Source of the DNA: a virus
Taxonomy: Duplodnaviria > Caudoviricetes
Virus record (IMG/VR): IMGVR_UViG_3300001487_000106
Span: 1-64,000 of that record
Length of the DNA stretch: 64,000 nt
Direction: 5' to 3' (one strand)
Within the stretch, counting starts at the first letter, position 1. The number at the start of each line of letters is the position of its first letter. Positions 28,289 to 37,705 of the stretch are shown one piece after another. A program made the translations under genes and the position numbers. The notes under the pieces were generated by a model, which made no database searches, was not told the origin of the DNA, and saw nothing but the letters and a program-made list of their open reading frames with translations.

Positions 28289-31200
28289 TTGAGTTTAGAA
28301 TATATTAATCCATTAGCTAACCTTTATAATGAATTCCTTATTATGTTAAATAATATGGTAATTAAGTATAATAATAAAGCTGATGAATTTGAGACTGTTG
28401 AAATGACTCGAAATGCAAATAACTACTTGGATGCATTGGATAAAAAAGATACATTTTTTACATATCGTGACTATACTGAGAAAGATTTTGATGCAGTTGG
28501 TTTATATGATTATGAAATAAGAAAAAAAGCTCTCATAGATATCCGTGCTATTCCTGTTGATAATTATAACGAGAAAACTGGAAAAGGTACTCAGTACAGG
28601 CAAAAACTTCTGGAAAGAAGAAGGCAACGAGTTATTGATGAATATGAAGAACCCAATAATTACTATCGTATGTTAAATGGTCAGCCTGACATTGGGGCTG
28701 ACGAAAGATTTTTTTACTATGTTGATAGTGAATATTGTAAAAAATATAATATTGACCCAAATATACCAATACATGAAATACAAGATTATTATAATAATCT
28801 TGATCCTGAATTCCCAGACAGAGGTGACCAACTTATGGTTATTCTTGAGGGAACTGGCTTTATTGATATATTAAAAAATGCTTCAAAGAATGCATATCAG
28901 ACACATAGTGAAGCGATGATATATGGTGGTTCATTATCTGCTGGTGTTGCTACGCTTACACCTGCTGCAAGATCAGCATTAAAGACTACATCAATAAGAT
29001 TAAATTTGACCAATGATACAACTCCAATTACTGGATATAAAGCTAATAAAAATATTTACTATAGAGTGACAACAGTTGGTTCTTTTGCTGGTATGTCACT
29101 TACTGTTGACGATTGGATAATGGGTACAAATACTGGATGGAAAAAGGTTGATACTTCAGTAAATATTGAAGGTACTACCAACGCTGAAGCATCTCCATAT
29201 CTTAATTATTTAGGCTCCCATAGGATAAGTGTACAAACTGCAAGAAAAGCAAAAAATTTTTCTATATTATATCTTGATAAGAATATAGTTAGATCAAATG
29301 TGTATGATACATTTATTAATGTATATGAGCAATGTAGAGATTATATCATGACTGTAGTTTATCAGTATGAGTTTAAATCTTTTATGGCATATTATGATAA
29401 TTTTATGGCTATGTGTATAATGCTTATGGCAGAGTTACAACTGATAACTAAACAGATACCGTTTGAAGTTAAAAGAAATTTCTTCGATACTTATGCGGTA
29501 AGAATGTTGTATGAAGCATACAATATGCCATATGACATCTATGCTGATATAGATACACAAAATCTGATAGCACAGAATTTAAACATGATTATTATTAATA
29601 AGGCCACAAATAAAGTTATATATAATATAGCTAATTTACTTGGCTTTAATAATATGACTGCGTATAAATATTATCTTGCAAAAAAACACAAAACTGATCA
29701 ATATGGTTGTCCCATATTTAAAACGATTGAGAAATTTAATACTGATACGGGATATAAAGAAACCGTACCAGATTATCCTGCGATGTATGATATTTATTTC
29801 CAAAAAGAAGAACTTATGGAGAATGATTTCATACGTTCTTTTAATTCTCAAGTAAATAGAGTAGAATATAATAATATAACACTTGATGATGCATTTTGGT
29901 ATGAAGATCAAAATCTTATAGACCGTAAGTATCAGACCGAATATAATTTTGTTGAAACAAAATATTTGAGTTTAGGTCTTGAATATAATATGACGGAAGT
30001 TTTATTTGAGAATATATTACTTCTTAAATCTATATTCCATTATAAGGAAGTTATTGATGGTGTTAGTGTTTCTATACCTAAAATTATCAATGGTGCTACA
30101 GTATCTTTATTTGATACTGTTATACTTTTAATCTGTCTTGTATTACGGAAACATAATTTGAGTGGAGATATAATTTCTCTTCCCACATCCATCATATCAG
30201 TATTAGATTATCTTAATTCTAGAAACCAATCAGAACTTGGTCTGGTTGATACATTTTCTTTTGATTTTGATTATCTTATGTCTGAAGATGGTATACGAGA
30301 TATTGAAAATGTTAAAAAATCTCTTGGTAAGATAGTTCAAGGTTTAATTGATGAAGATGGAAATTATTATGTTTTTGATAATTCTCCGTTTTATACCTAT
30401 TATTCTGGTAGTAAAACAGTAGATGATAAACCTGTTGTACTTGAAAAAAATGTAAATCATTATACCGTAGAAAATCTTATAAAAGAGGGAAAAGTTGTTG
30501 AAGGATCTATTGATATTCATGGAGATGATGTTGATAGATTTGAAAATTATATCAAAAATGTTTTAGCTCTTGAAGGTGGACAAAAATCGAGAGCTGAAAA
30601 ACTTGAAGCATTAAATCTTGTATATAAAAATATAAAAGGATTATATAGATTCATAAATGAAAAACTTCTTGATGAAGATGATAAATATAGATATAATTCT
30701 CTCAGAACTTTTTATCAAGCGGCTTTTTATGCTAAGGAAATACAAGATATATTTACTATTTCTTATACAGATATAGATGGTTCTACTCAAAAAAGGATTG
30801 CTAAATCATTTTTTGAGTATTTATATTATATAAATCCGATGCTGTATAGGTCAATTTTTCATTTTGATATAGATGAAGAATATGATACATTTAAGAGAAC
30901 TCGTAACTTTCCTACATTCATATATAGCACAGTTGATGACCCCGATTCTCTTTTAGTTGTAGATGATAGCGACCCTCTCGGAGAAAATCAGATACATTAC
31001 AGCGATGTAGCTTCACATATTAGTAATGTAAAAGTTGGAGATCGAGTAAAAATATTTAGTAATCCTGAGGATTATAATGGATTTAAGCAGGCAGTTAATG
31101 CTGGTTTAATTGATGTTAAATATGATAATATAAGCGGTATAACTGAGGGTGAAGCTAATAATGCAAGTTTCATCAGTTCAAAGATATATTACTTTATAAA

Positions 31201-32371
31201 CCATATCATATCAAGATTAAAGACATTGATTGATGATATTAATTTTTCTCATATGTTAAATGGCGTATCATCATTACTTGAAGAATTATTAATGAAAATG
31301 ATTAAATTTATAAAATCATTCACTGTTGATTTCATAGGTTTAGATATCATTTTTATATGTGATTTTAAAGAAGAAAATTTATTACGATTAATTGATAAAG
31401 TGCATTATATTGATAAAACAATAGTCCCTAAAGAAACACTTAACTTTAGTTTCTGGGATAGTATTTCTTCATATGTAAATTACAATCTTAATGATAACTG
31501 TAAATTTACTGATATAATCCCAAAACCATGGTTTACGGATCCTGATAATACTGGAAAAATGCCGTCAAAGCGTGGTATATTTGCATGGTATGATTCTACA
31601 TCAACTATAACAGCAGCAGCAACTTCTGTATTATTATCAAATTTAATGAGCGGAAGTAGCGGTAGTGAAGGAGAAATAGACACACCTATATCAATGCTCA
31701 TATCATCACCTGCTGTTGAATTAATTGATGATTATTTTAATCTGATTTATGATGAGAGATATACAAATGATCCATTAAGTTATAATGGCGGTTTCTTTAA
31801 TATTAGTCCCAATTATATTATACCAGATAGATATAAATATACCGCATATATAATCTGTAAATCAGAAGATATTGGTGATTTTACAGGTTTTCCTGATGCT
31901 GGTAAAGGTCCCAGTGTTAGATTTATAAGTACACCAATTGTTGATATACATTCTGGATTAGGAACCACGAATATAAATATACGAGAATATATTCCAAAAA
32001 CAAGTTCAATAGAACTCAAAAATGATTTTGTTGAAATAATCACAAATAAAGATGTTAGGGATTGGCATGTAATAGGTATATCTCAATCAAATAATACAAT
32101 TAAAATTTATATTGATGGTGAACGTTGTCTTGATCATACATTTTCAAATCTTGGAGATTTTGATGATGGCGATACAGCAGATTTCAATGTGAAAGTAATG
32201 CCAAATAATAATATTGGTAAAGGATTTAAAGATGTTCATAACGGATATTCACATTATATGTGTGGTATTCAAATGAAAGCATATCTGGTTGCTAATATTA
32301 ATCACAATAGTTCAGAGTTACAAGAAAATACAAAATGGCTCTATAATAAATATATTGGTTCGCTTGATTAA
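28289..32371 (+). CDS. Large baseplate/virion structural protein with C-terminal LamG/ConA-like domain
   Basis: YEEPNNYYRMLNGQP motif typical of jumbo-phage baseplate proteins; DWHVIGISQSNNTIKIYIDG; late motif at 28246-28258. Confidence 0.6.
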   Translation: MSLEYINPLANLYNEFLIMLNNMVIKYNNKADEFETVEMTRNANNYLDALDKKDTFFTYRDYTEKDFDAVGLYDYEIRKKALIDIRAIPVDNYNEKTGKGTQYRQKLLERRRQRVIDEYEEPNNYYRMLNGQPDIGADERFFYYVDSEYCKKYNIDPNIPIHEIQDYYNNLDPEFPDRGDQLMVILEGTGFIDILKNASKNAYQTHSEAMIYGGSLSAGVATLTPAARSALKTTSIRLNLTNDTTPITGYKANKNIYYRVTTVGSFAGMSLTVDDWIMGTNTGWKKVDTSVNIEGTTNAEASPYLNYLGSHRISVQTARKAKNFSILYLDKNIVRSNVYDTFINVYEQCRDYIMTVVYQYEFKSFMAYYDNFMAMCIMLMAELQLITKQIPFEVKRNFFDTYAVRMLYEAYNMPYDIYADIDTQNLIAQNLNMIIINKATNKVIYNIANLLGFNNMTAYKYYLAKKHKTDQYGCPIFKTIEKFNTDTGYKETVPDYPAMYDIYFQKEELMENDFIRSFNSQVNRVEYNNITLDDAFWYEDQNLIDRKYQTEYNFVETKYLSLGLEYNMTEVLFENILLLKSIFHYKEVIDGVSVSIPKIINGATVSLFDTVILLICLVLRKHNLSGDIISLPTSIISVLDYLNSRNQSELGLVDTFSFDFDYLMSEDGIRDIENVKKSLGKIVQGLIDEDGNYYVFDNSPFYTYYSGSKTVDDKPVVLEKNVNHYTVENLIKEGKVVEGSIDIHGDDVDRFENYIKNVLALEGGQKSRAEKLEALNLVYKNIKGLYRFINEKLLDEDDKYRYNSLRTFYQAAFYAKEIQDIFTISYTDIDGSTQKRIAKSFFEYLYYINPMLYRSIFHFDIDEEYDTFKRTRNFPTFIYSTVDDPDSLLVVDDSDPLGENQIHYSDVASHISNVKVGDRVKIFSNPEDYNGFKQAVNAGLIDVKYDNISGITEGEANNASFISSKIYYFINHIISRLKTLIDDINFSHMLNGVSSLLEELLMKMIKFIKSFTVDFIGLDIIFICDFKEENLLRLIDKVHYIDKTIVPKETLNFSFWDSISSYVNYNLNDNCKFTDIIPKPWFTDPDNTGKMPSKRGIFAWYDSTSTITAAATSVLLSNLMSGSSGSEGEIDTPISMLISSPAVELIDDYFNLIYDERYTNDPLSYNGGFFNISPNYIIPDRYKYTAYIICKSEDIGDFTGFPDAGKGPSVRFISTPIVDIHSGLGTTNINIREYIPKTSSIELKNDFVEIITNKDVRDWHVIGISQSNNTIKIYIDGERCLDHTFSNLGDFDDGDTADFNVKVMPNNNIGKGFKDVHNGYSHYMCGIQMKAYLVANINHNSSELQENTKWLYNKYIGSLD

Positions 32372-32430
32372 AATATCAACCGAAAACATCATAATAACAT
32401 AAAAATATTCAAGAAAGGAATGATTTATAA

Positions 32431-33468
32431 ATGCCTATAATTGCATCAGATAAATTATCTATTCAGGATCAGCGTCATGTTGCTATACCTGATTTCCCTG
32501 AAATATTGAAGAAGTCCCCTACATTATGGAGAAAGACAGAAATTCTCTGTAGTAATGGAGAAATAGTCAATAATCCAAATGGTAAGTCATCTTTTGCACC
32601 AGGTTCACCATTTTCAATATCATCCAATATGGTTCCTCTTGGAGGAGTTCAATATGTCATGGAACAACTTTTTGGTGTTAAAGGAGAAATCGAGATTCCT
32701 ACCCTTTACGACATAACTAATACAAATGATAGCAGCCTTGCTCATTTTGCTAGTTATGAGCATCCAGTAGGACCCCCTAATTCAGTTCCTCCCGATGAAA
32801 CATATACAACACCTGATGGTGAAAAAACTATTATTTATAGACATGGACATTTAGTACAGCTTTTTGGTATTGGTATCACTGGTACTGCTGAAAATGATAT
32901 AACTAAATTTCCTGTGAACTACAGAGAAAATTCACTGGATATAAGTATTGCATCTGAAGATGGACAGACTATTCAGGGTGCAATGGTACCTTTCAGGTAC
33001 ACCAATGCACAGCTTCAAGCTGAAAGTGAACGTAAAAAGTATTTTGGTAAAGTTAAAAATGATGAAGGTATTATATCATACTATCTTAAACGATTTGAAG
33101 CCGAACCCACTATCAAACACGTGTGGAAAATTGGTGAAGATGAGGAAATAGATGATGCAGAAAATGTAGTATCTGAAGAAGATGTACGTAAAAATACCAA
33201 TTCATTAAATGATGTTGAATCATTTACCGAAATTTTCTTAAAGATTTCTAAAAAGGATGTAAAAGAGTGGTTTGCTGCTCTTGGTCAAGAAGATAGGGCA
33301 CGTGTTAATACGATTGCTTTATTTAGTGGAAGATTTATTACCGAAGGAACCCTCGATACTGATGGAGATTATCAGGATGTAAGACTATTTTCTAAACTTA
33401 CAATTCCTACAGAGTATCTTACATTATCTAGAGACCTTAATATCATTTACAGAGTATATGGTGCTTAA
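32431..33468 (+). CDS. Virion structural protein (baseplate/tail-associated)
   Basis: LFGIGITG, VPFRY, YYLKRF, RLFSKL...IIYRVY; late motif at 32385-32397. Confidence 0.55.
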   Translation: MPIIASDKLSIQDQRHVAIPDFPEILKKSPTLWRKTEILCSNGEIVNNPNGKSSFAPGSPFSISSNMVPLGGVQYVMEQLFGVKGEIEIPTLYDITNTNDSSLAHFASYEHPVGPPNSVPPDETYTTPDGEKTIIYRHGHLVQLFGIGITGTAENDITKFPVNYRENSLDISIASEDGQTIQGAMVPFRYTNAQLQAESERKKYFGKVKNDEGIISYYLKRFEAEPTIKHVWKIGEDEEIDDAENVVSEEDVRKNTNSLNDVESFTEIFLKISKKDVKEWFAALGQEDRARVNTIALFSGRFITEGTLDTDGDYQDVRLFSKLTIPTEYLTLSRDLNIIYRVYGA

Positions 33469-33533
33469 TAATACATTTTATTTAGTACAATATTTTATTG
33501 AAGTAATTCATTAAAATATTTAGTAAAGGAGCG

Positions 33534-34694
33534 ATGAATACTATGCTAAAAGTAGGTATAGTAGGAATAGGAAATACAGGAAATCAGGTTGCTGCTTTAG
33601 CTCAGGATAAACTAAAGATACCGGTGCTTGCTATAAATAGTAGTGAAAAAGACCTTGAAACAGTTCCTGCATCTATTCCTAGAAAATTAATATCTAGTGC
33701 AGATGGTTTATCACAAGGTGCTGGTAAAAATCGTGCACTTGCAAAGAGTTATTTAAAAGATAGTATTATGGCATTTTTATCAGCCAATGATGTACAATCT
33801 TTTATAGACGAACTCGATGTGCTATTTATTGTTAGTTCTACTGGTGGTGGAACTGGTAGTGGAACAGCACCTCTTATGGCTAACATCATTCAGGCTACAT
33901 ATGTAGATCTTAAGGTCATACTCATAGGTGTATTACCAGTTAATAATGAAGCTCTGAGTGCTCATGTTAATACGCTTGAATATCTCAATGAGCTTTATAC
34001 ACAATTATCAAATCAGACATATATGCTGTATGATAATGACAAGCTTGCTTCATTACCATCATATCAGATGATGGAAAAAGTTAATGAAGAAATAGTAAAC
34101 GACATTGATGTACTTAGATGTACATATAATATGACTACCAGATTTGATTCTATAGACGAACAGGATATGATGAGACTTATTTCATTCCCTGGACGTATTG
34201 TAGTAGCAAGACTTCAAAAGATTGCTGAGAAAGATCTGGATAATAAGAGTATTGAAGATATGCTGATAGATGTGATTAAGAAAAATTGTCATGTTGAAGC
34301 ACAGCGTGATAAGAAGATAACTGCATCTGGCATTATTACAAATTTATCAACTACAATATCGGAAACATTTGATAATCATGTGCCTAAGGTACGTGATTTT
34401 ATTGGAGACCCGATTCATGATTTTAACCATATCTATATTAATGAGGAACGTAAACTTCCTAATAATGTATTTCTTATTCTGTCAGGTCTCACACCTGTAA
34501 ATGATAAGATACATAAGATATCAGATAGAGTTGATGAAATAAAAGAGAAACAAAGAGCTCTTGAAGAAGATAATGCTTTAAATGAAATAGAACTTTCTAA
34601 GCTTAGTGGCGAAGTTGCATCAAAAGACTCCAAATCATCTAGCAATGTAAAGGAAGTTGATTTAAAGGATATCTTTGATAAATTCATGATTTAA
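33534..34694 (+). CDS. Tubulin/FtsZ-family GTPase (PhuZ/TubZ-like)
   Basis: GIGNTGNQ, GAGKN, GGGTGSG signature, YDNDKL, T7-like loop IDEQD. Confidence 0.92.
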   Translation: MNTMLKVGIVGIGNTGNQVAALAQDKLKIPVLAINSSEKDLETVPASIPRKLISSADGLSQGAGKNRALAKSYLKDSIMAFLSANDVQSFIDELDVLFIVSSTGGGTGSGTAPLMANIIQATYVDLKVILIGVLPVNNEALSAHVNTLEYLNELYTQLSNQTYMLYDNDKLASLPSYQMMEKVNEEIVNDIDVLRCTYNMTTRFDSIDEQDMMRLISFPGRIVVARLQKIAEKDLDNKSIEDMLIDVIKKNCHVEAQRDKKITASGIITNLSTTISETFDNHVPKVRDFIGDPIHDFNHIYINEERKLPNNVFLILSGLTPVNDKIHKISDRVDEIKEKQRALEEDNALNEIELSKLSGEVASKDSKSSSNVKEVDLKDIFDKFMI

Positions 34695-34822
34695 GTTGAA
34701 ATCATATATTATATATACGATATATTGTGAGTAATGTGATAATAATATTTTATCACTTTACTCACAATTATCTAACCACAAACCGGTTTAAAAAATTTAT
34801 ATTTTGAAAGGAGTTTTCCGAC

Positions 34823-35770
34823 ATGTCTGAAAACAAAAACAAGTTTAAAGTACCTAGTGAGGTAAAAGAATTTGCCAAAGCTTCTTATAAGAAGTATAAG
34901 AAGCATAATGACTTCGATAGTAAAAAAGAGGCTATGAAGTCATTTAACCTCTACCTTATGGATATGCTTCCTGAGGTAATAGAACCGATGGTAAAATACG
35001 GTTACCTTATTAAGCGTGAGGAGCCTGAAATTTACAATGCTGTTCTTAATAAGTTCTGTAATGAAGACTTCATAAAGTCTGTGAAGAAAGAACTTAAGCG
35101 AGGTAATAAGATAAAAAATATCAAGTTGTTCCCGATTATAATTGGCGAGATGATCGAGACAATCAACTCTCAGAATGCACAGATTCTTGCCGAGAATCCA
35201 AACGCTACAGTATACACTGGTAGTGACTTAATCGAACTTGGTCAGATGATTCTGAGCAAGAAAATTAAGAAGTTCACAAAAGCTGGAATTGATGAAAATA
35301 TCGCTTTTGATATTCTGTCGATAATACCGACAGACAGCTGTCTCGAAAAGTCTTACAACTTCAGGATAGCAAGCTTTGAGAAGGTTCTGTACGAACATTC
35401 GAAGGCAAAGGCTATACCTTTTGCTGAAATCATGAGCCTTCTGGTTGACAAGGAGTGGTATGCTCCATTTATAAAATTCTTCCTTTGTGAGAGAAAGGAA
35501 GTATTTGGTCATCTGACTGATAATCAGAAGGCATTTTATCTCAGTGTATCAAATTGGTGTTTCGATACATTAGAGTCTCTCGATAGAGATTCTATTGAGA
35601 GAGTTCTGGATACTATTATTCAGGCTCGAAAGATAGATGAGTCTAAGGGTAAAGACTCGCCCAGAAGATATTCTCTGACAAGTCTGTCTGAAACAGATTA
35701 CCCGAGGATCTTCAAAATGGTTCAGAAAAAGGTATCTGAATCAGAGGTAAATAAAAAGTACCTCAGTTAA
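34823..35770 (+). CDS. Hypothetical protein (early)
   Basis: RBS GAAAGGAG; early-type motif at 34703-34712; hairpin leader; terminator 35797-35841. Confidence 0.7.
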   Translation: MSENKNKFKVPSEVKEFAKASYKKYKKHNDFDSKKEAMKSFNLYLMDMLPEVIEPMVKYGYLIKREEPEIYNAVLNKFCNEDFIKSVKKELKRGNKIKNIKLFPIIIGEMIETINSQNAQILAENPNATVYTGSDLIELGQMILSKKIKKFTKAGIDENIAFDILSIIPTDSCLEKSYNFRIASFEKVLYEHSKAKAIPFAEIMSLLVDKEWYAPFIKFFLCERKEVFGHLTDNQKAFYLSVSNWCFDTLESLDRDSIERVLDTIIQARKIDESKGKDSPRRYSLTSLSETDYPRIFKMVQKKVSESEVNKKYLS

Positions 35771-35867
35771 AAAGCTATTTTAGTAGTAACTTTAAAATAA
35801 AAACTAGCCCCGGATTAAGTTTCGGGGTTAGTTTATTTTTTCAAAAAAATAAAGGAGAGAATTTACG

Positions 35868-36938
35868 ATGATTTACAAATTTACAATCGGAACTACATCC
35901 GAAGATAGGAACCTTGATGTAACATATGATAAATATGGAAACAAATTTTTTGAGTTTCCTGATATAAGACAGAAGCTGCAGATAAAGAGTAATGTAAACT
36001 CACTGCAAATGCTTAGAAAACCTGATATTAAGTCATTTATCAAGGATTTCGAAGTAAGCGAAAGGAATGATGTTTCTATTCCTTTTTCAGTTGAACAGTA
36101 TAAACTTTATAAGAATGCTGACAAGGCATATAAGTTTGTAAATAACAGAAAAAATCTTAAGCCAATGCTGTTTACAAACTTTGTTCCCAAGGATGCTGAA
36201 GCATCTGAGTATCACATTGTATATATTGCTGTAGAACAGCCCAGATATAAGATTCTTACTTATGCTACAGATTATCCGATACTTTCAAGTTTTGGTAAAA
36301 CAGACAAGTATACTGGATGTGTTGCTGTAGTAGATAGTATGGCTCATATGTTTGCTGAAACCGATACAGTATTTAAGATTAGTTTCTTTGATAATGAATC
36401 AAAGGTTTATAAAACTGCATCAATTATTATTGACGGAAATGGCAATCCTGATTTCAGAATTGATGACGCTGATAGTAATGCAGTTGCAAAACTTAAGTCT
36501 CTTAATAACAAGTATAAGGGAAGTCTCAAGATAAGAATAAGACCCGATGAAAATTCAATGCTGACTCAAGTGTTTATCTGTAAGGCAGATGAAAATGGTA
36601 TGGTAGAAGCAAAGGGTCATCAGATACCTGCAAATACAGTAACTATCGACCCCACTGATAATGATAGACCATCATCATATAATAGCGCGGTTGATGATTA
36701 TCTCTTTGAAAGATTCAAGGATACAAAACTTAAATATGAGATTACTTCTCTTACTGGTGAAACTGATGAAGAAAATGAACGTATTCTTGATAGTTATCTT
36801 GCAAGTCTTGAAAAAGATCATATAACAGCAATAACAACTATCGACGTTGATATCCCTATTGAGCTTCTTAAGAAGTATTCTATAAGAAATGTTATAGCTC
36901 TTGATATTAGTACAGGTAAGAGCTATTCAAGAAGATAA
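35868..36938 (+). CDS. Hypothetical protein
   Basis: Long ORF with RBS AAAGGAG. Confidence 0.7.
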   Translation: MIYKFTIGTTSEDRNLDVTYDKYGNKFFEFPDIRQKLQIKSNVNSLQMLRKPDIKSFIKDFEVSERNDVSIPFSVEQYKLYKNADKAYKFVNNRKNLKPMLFTNFVPKDAEASEYHIVYIAVEQPRYKILTYATDYPILSSFGKTDKYTGCVAVVDSMAHMFAETDTVFKISFFDNESKVYKTASIIIDGNGNPDFRIDDADSNAVAKLKSLNNKYKGSLKIRIRPDENSMLTQVFICKADENGMVEAKGHQIPANTVTIDPTDNDRPSSYNSAVDDYLFERFKDTKLKYEITSLTGETDEENERILDSYLASLEKDHITAITTIDVDIPIELLKKYSIRNVIALDISTGKSYSRR

Positions 36939-37039
36939 TCAAAACTTAAATTAGTGATTTGATTATATATTATATTTAAGTATAAGAAGTCATAAATGAC
37001 TTGAAAATACAATAAAAAAAATGAAAGGATGATTTAATC

Positions 37040-37516
37040 ATGGCAAAGAAAGAAAGCACTTTAAGGCTGATATCAGCCAATGTGACAAAAAAGGGCAAGA
37101 TCAAGGGCAAGAACAAGAAGGAAACCAAAGAGTTGAAAGCGAAGTGCGAACACTGGCGCTTCAACAAAAAGGGTAAGAAGAAACCCACAATCTATAATGC
37201 TGGCGATGGAACTTGTACCTGCACAATGTGTGGTGCTAAGTTTAGCGCATCACCGTATAAAGACGATGAACTTACGAAAATATTTGATGATATAAATAAG
37301 GTCATCAATCAAGCAAAGTTCATGTCGGTTGCAATCGGAGCTGATGATGCAGCAGAGCTGTTCTCTGGAACATCAGTTGCTTTAAAGAACAGCAAAAAAG
37401 CGTATAAGAAAGTACGTAATGTTGCCGTCAAGTCAAGCAAGCTTGGTGGTAAAAAGAAAAAGAACCATGAAAACGGCGGTGGTTCATCGCAGTTCGGTTC
37501 ATGGGGAACTGTTTAA
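37040..37516 (+). CDS. Basic Zn-finger protein
   Basis: CEH...CTCTMC, Lys-rich; early-type motif at 36964-36973; terminator 37552-37596. Confidence 0.65.
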   Translation: MAKKESTLRLISANVTKKGKIKGKNKKETKELKAKCEHWRFNKKGKKKPTIYNAGDGTCTCTMCGAKFSASPYKDDELTKIFDDINKVINQAKFMSVAIGADDAAELFSGTSVALKNSKKAYKKVRNVAVKSSKLGGKKKKNHENGGGSSQFGSWGTV

Positions 37517-37705
37517 TGCCCCTCTAAGAGGGAATCACTCTCTTTTGCATAAAGATGACGTTAGGAAGAAATTCCTAACGTCATCTTAATTTTTTGTTTA
37601 TTATTCGTATACCTCTACGGATAAATTATAATTAAATAATAAACAAAAAATTAAGTATCTAATGCCAATAAAAAGGATAGTTAAGATGAAAGGTTGTGAA
37701 TAAAA

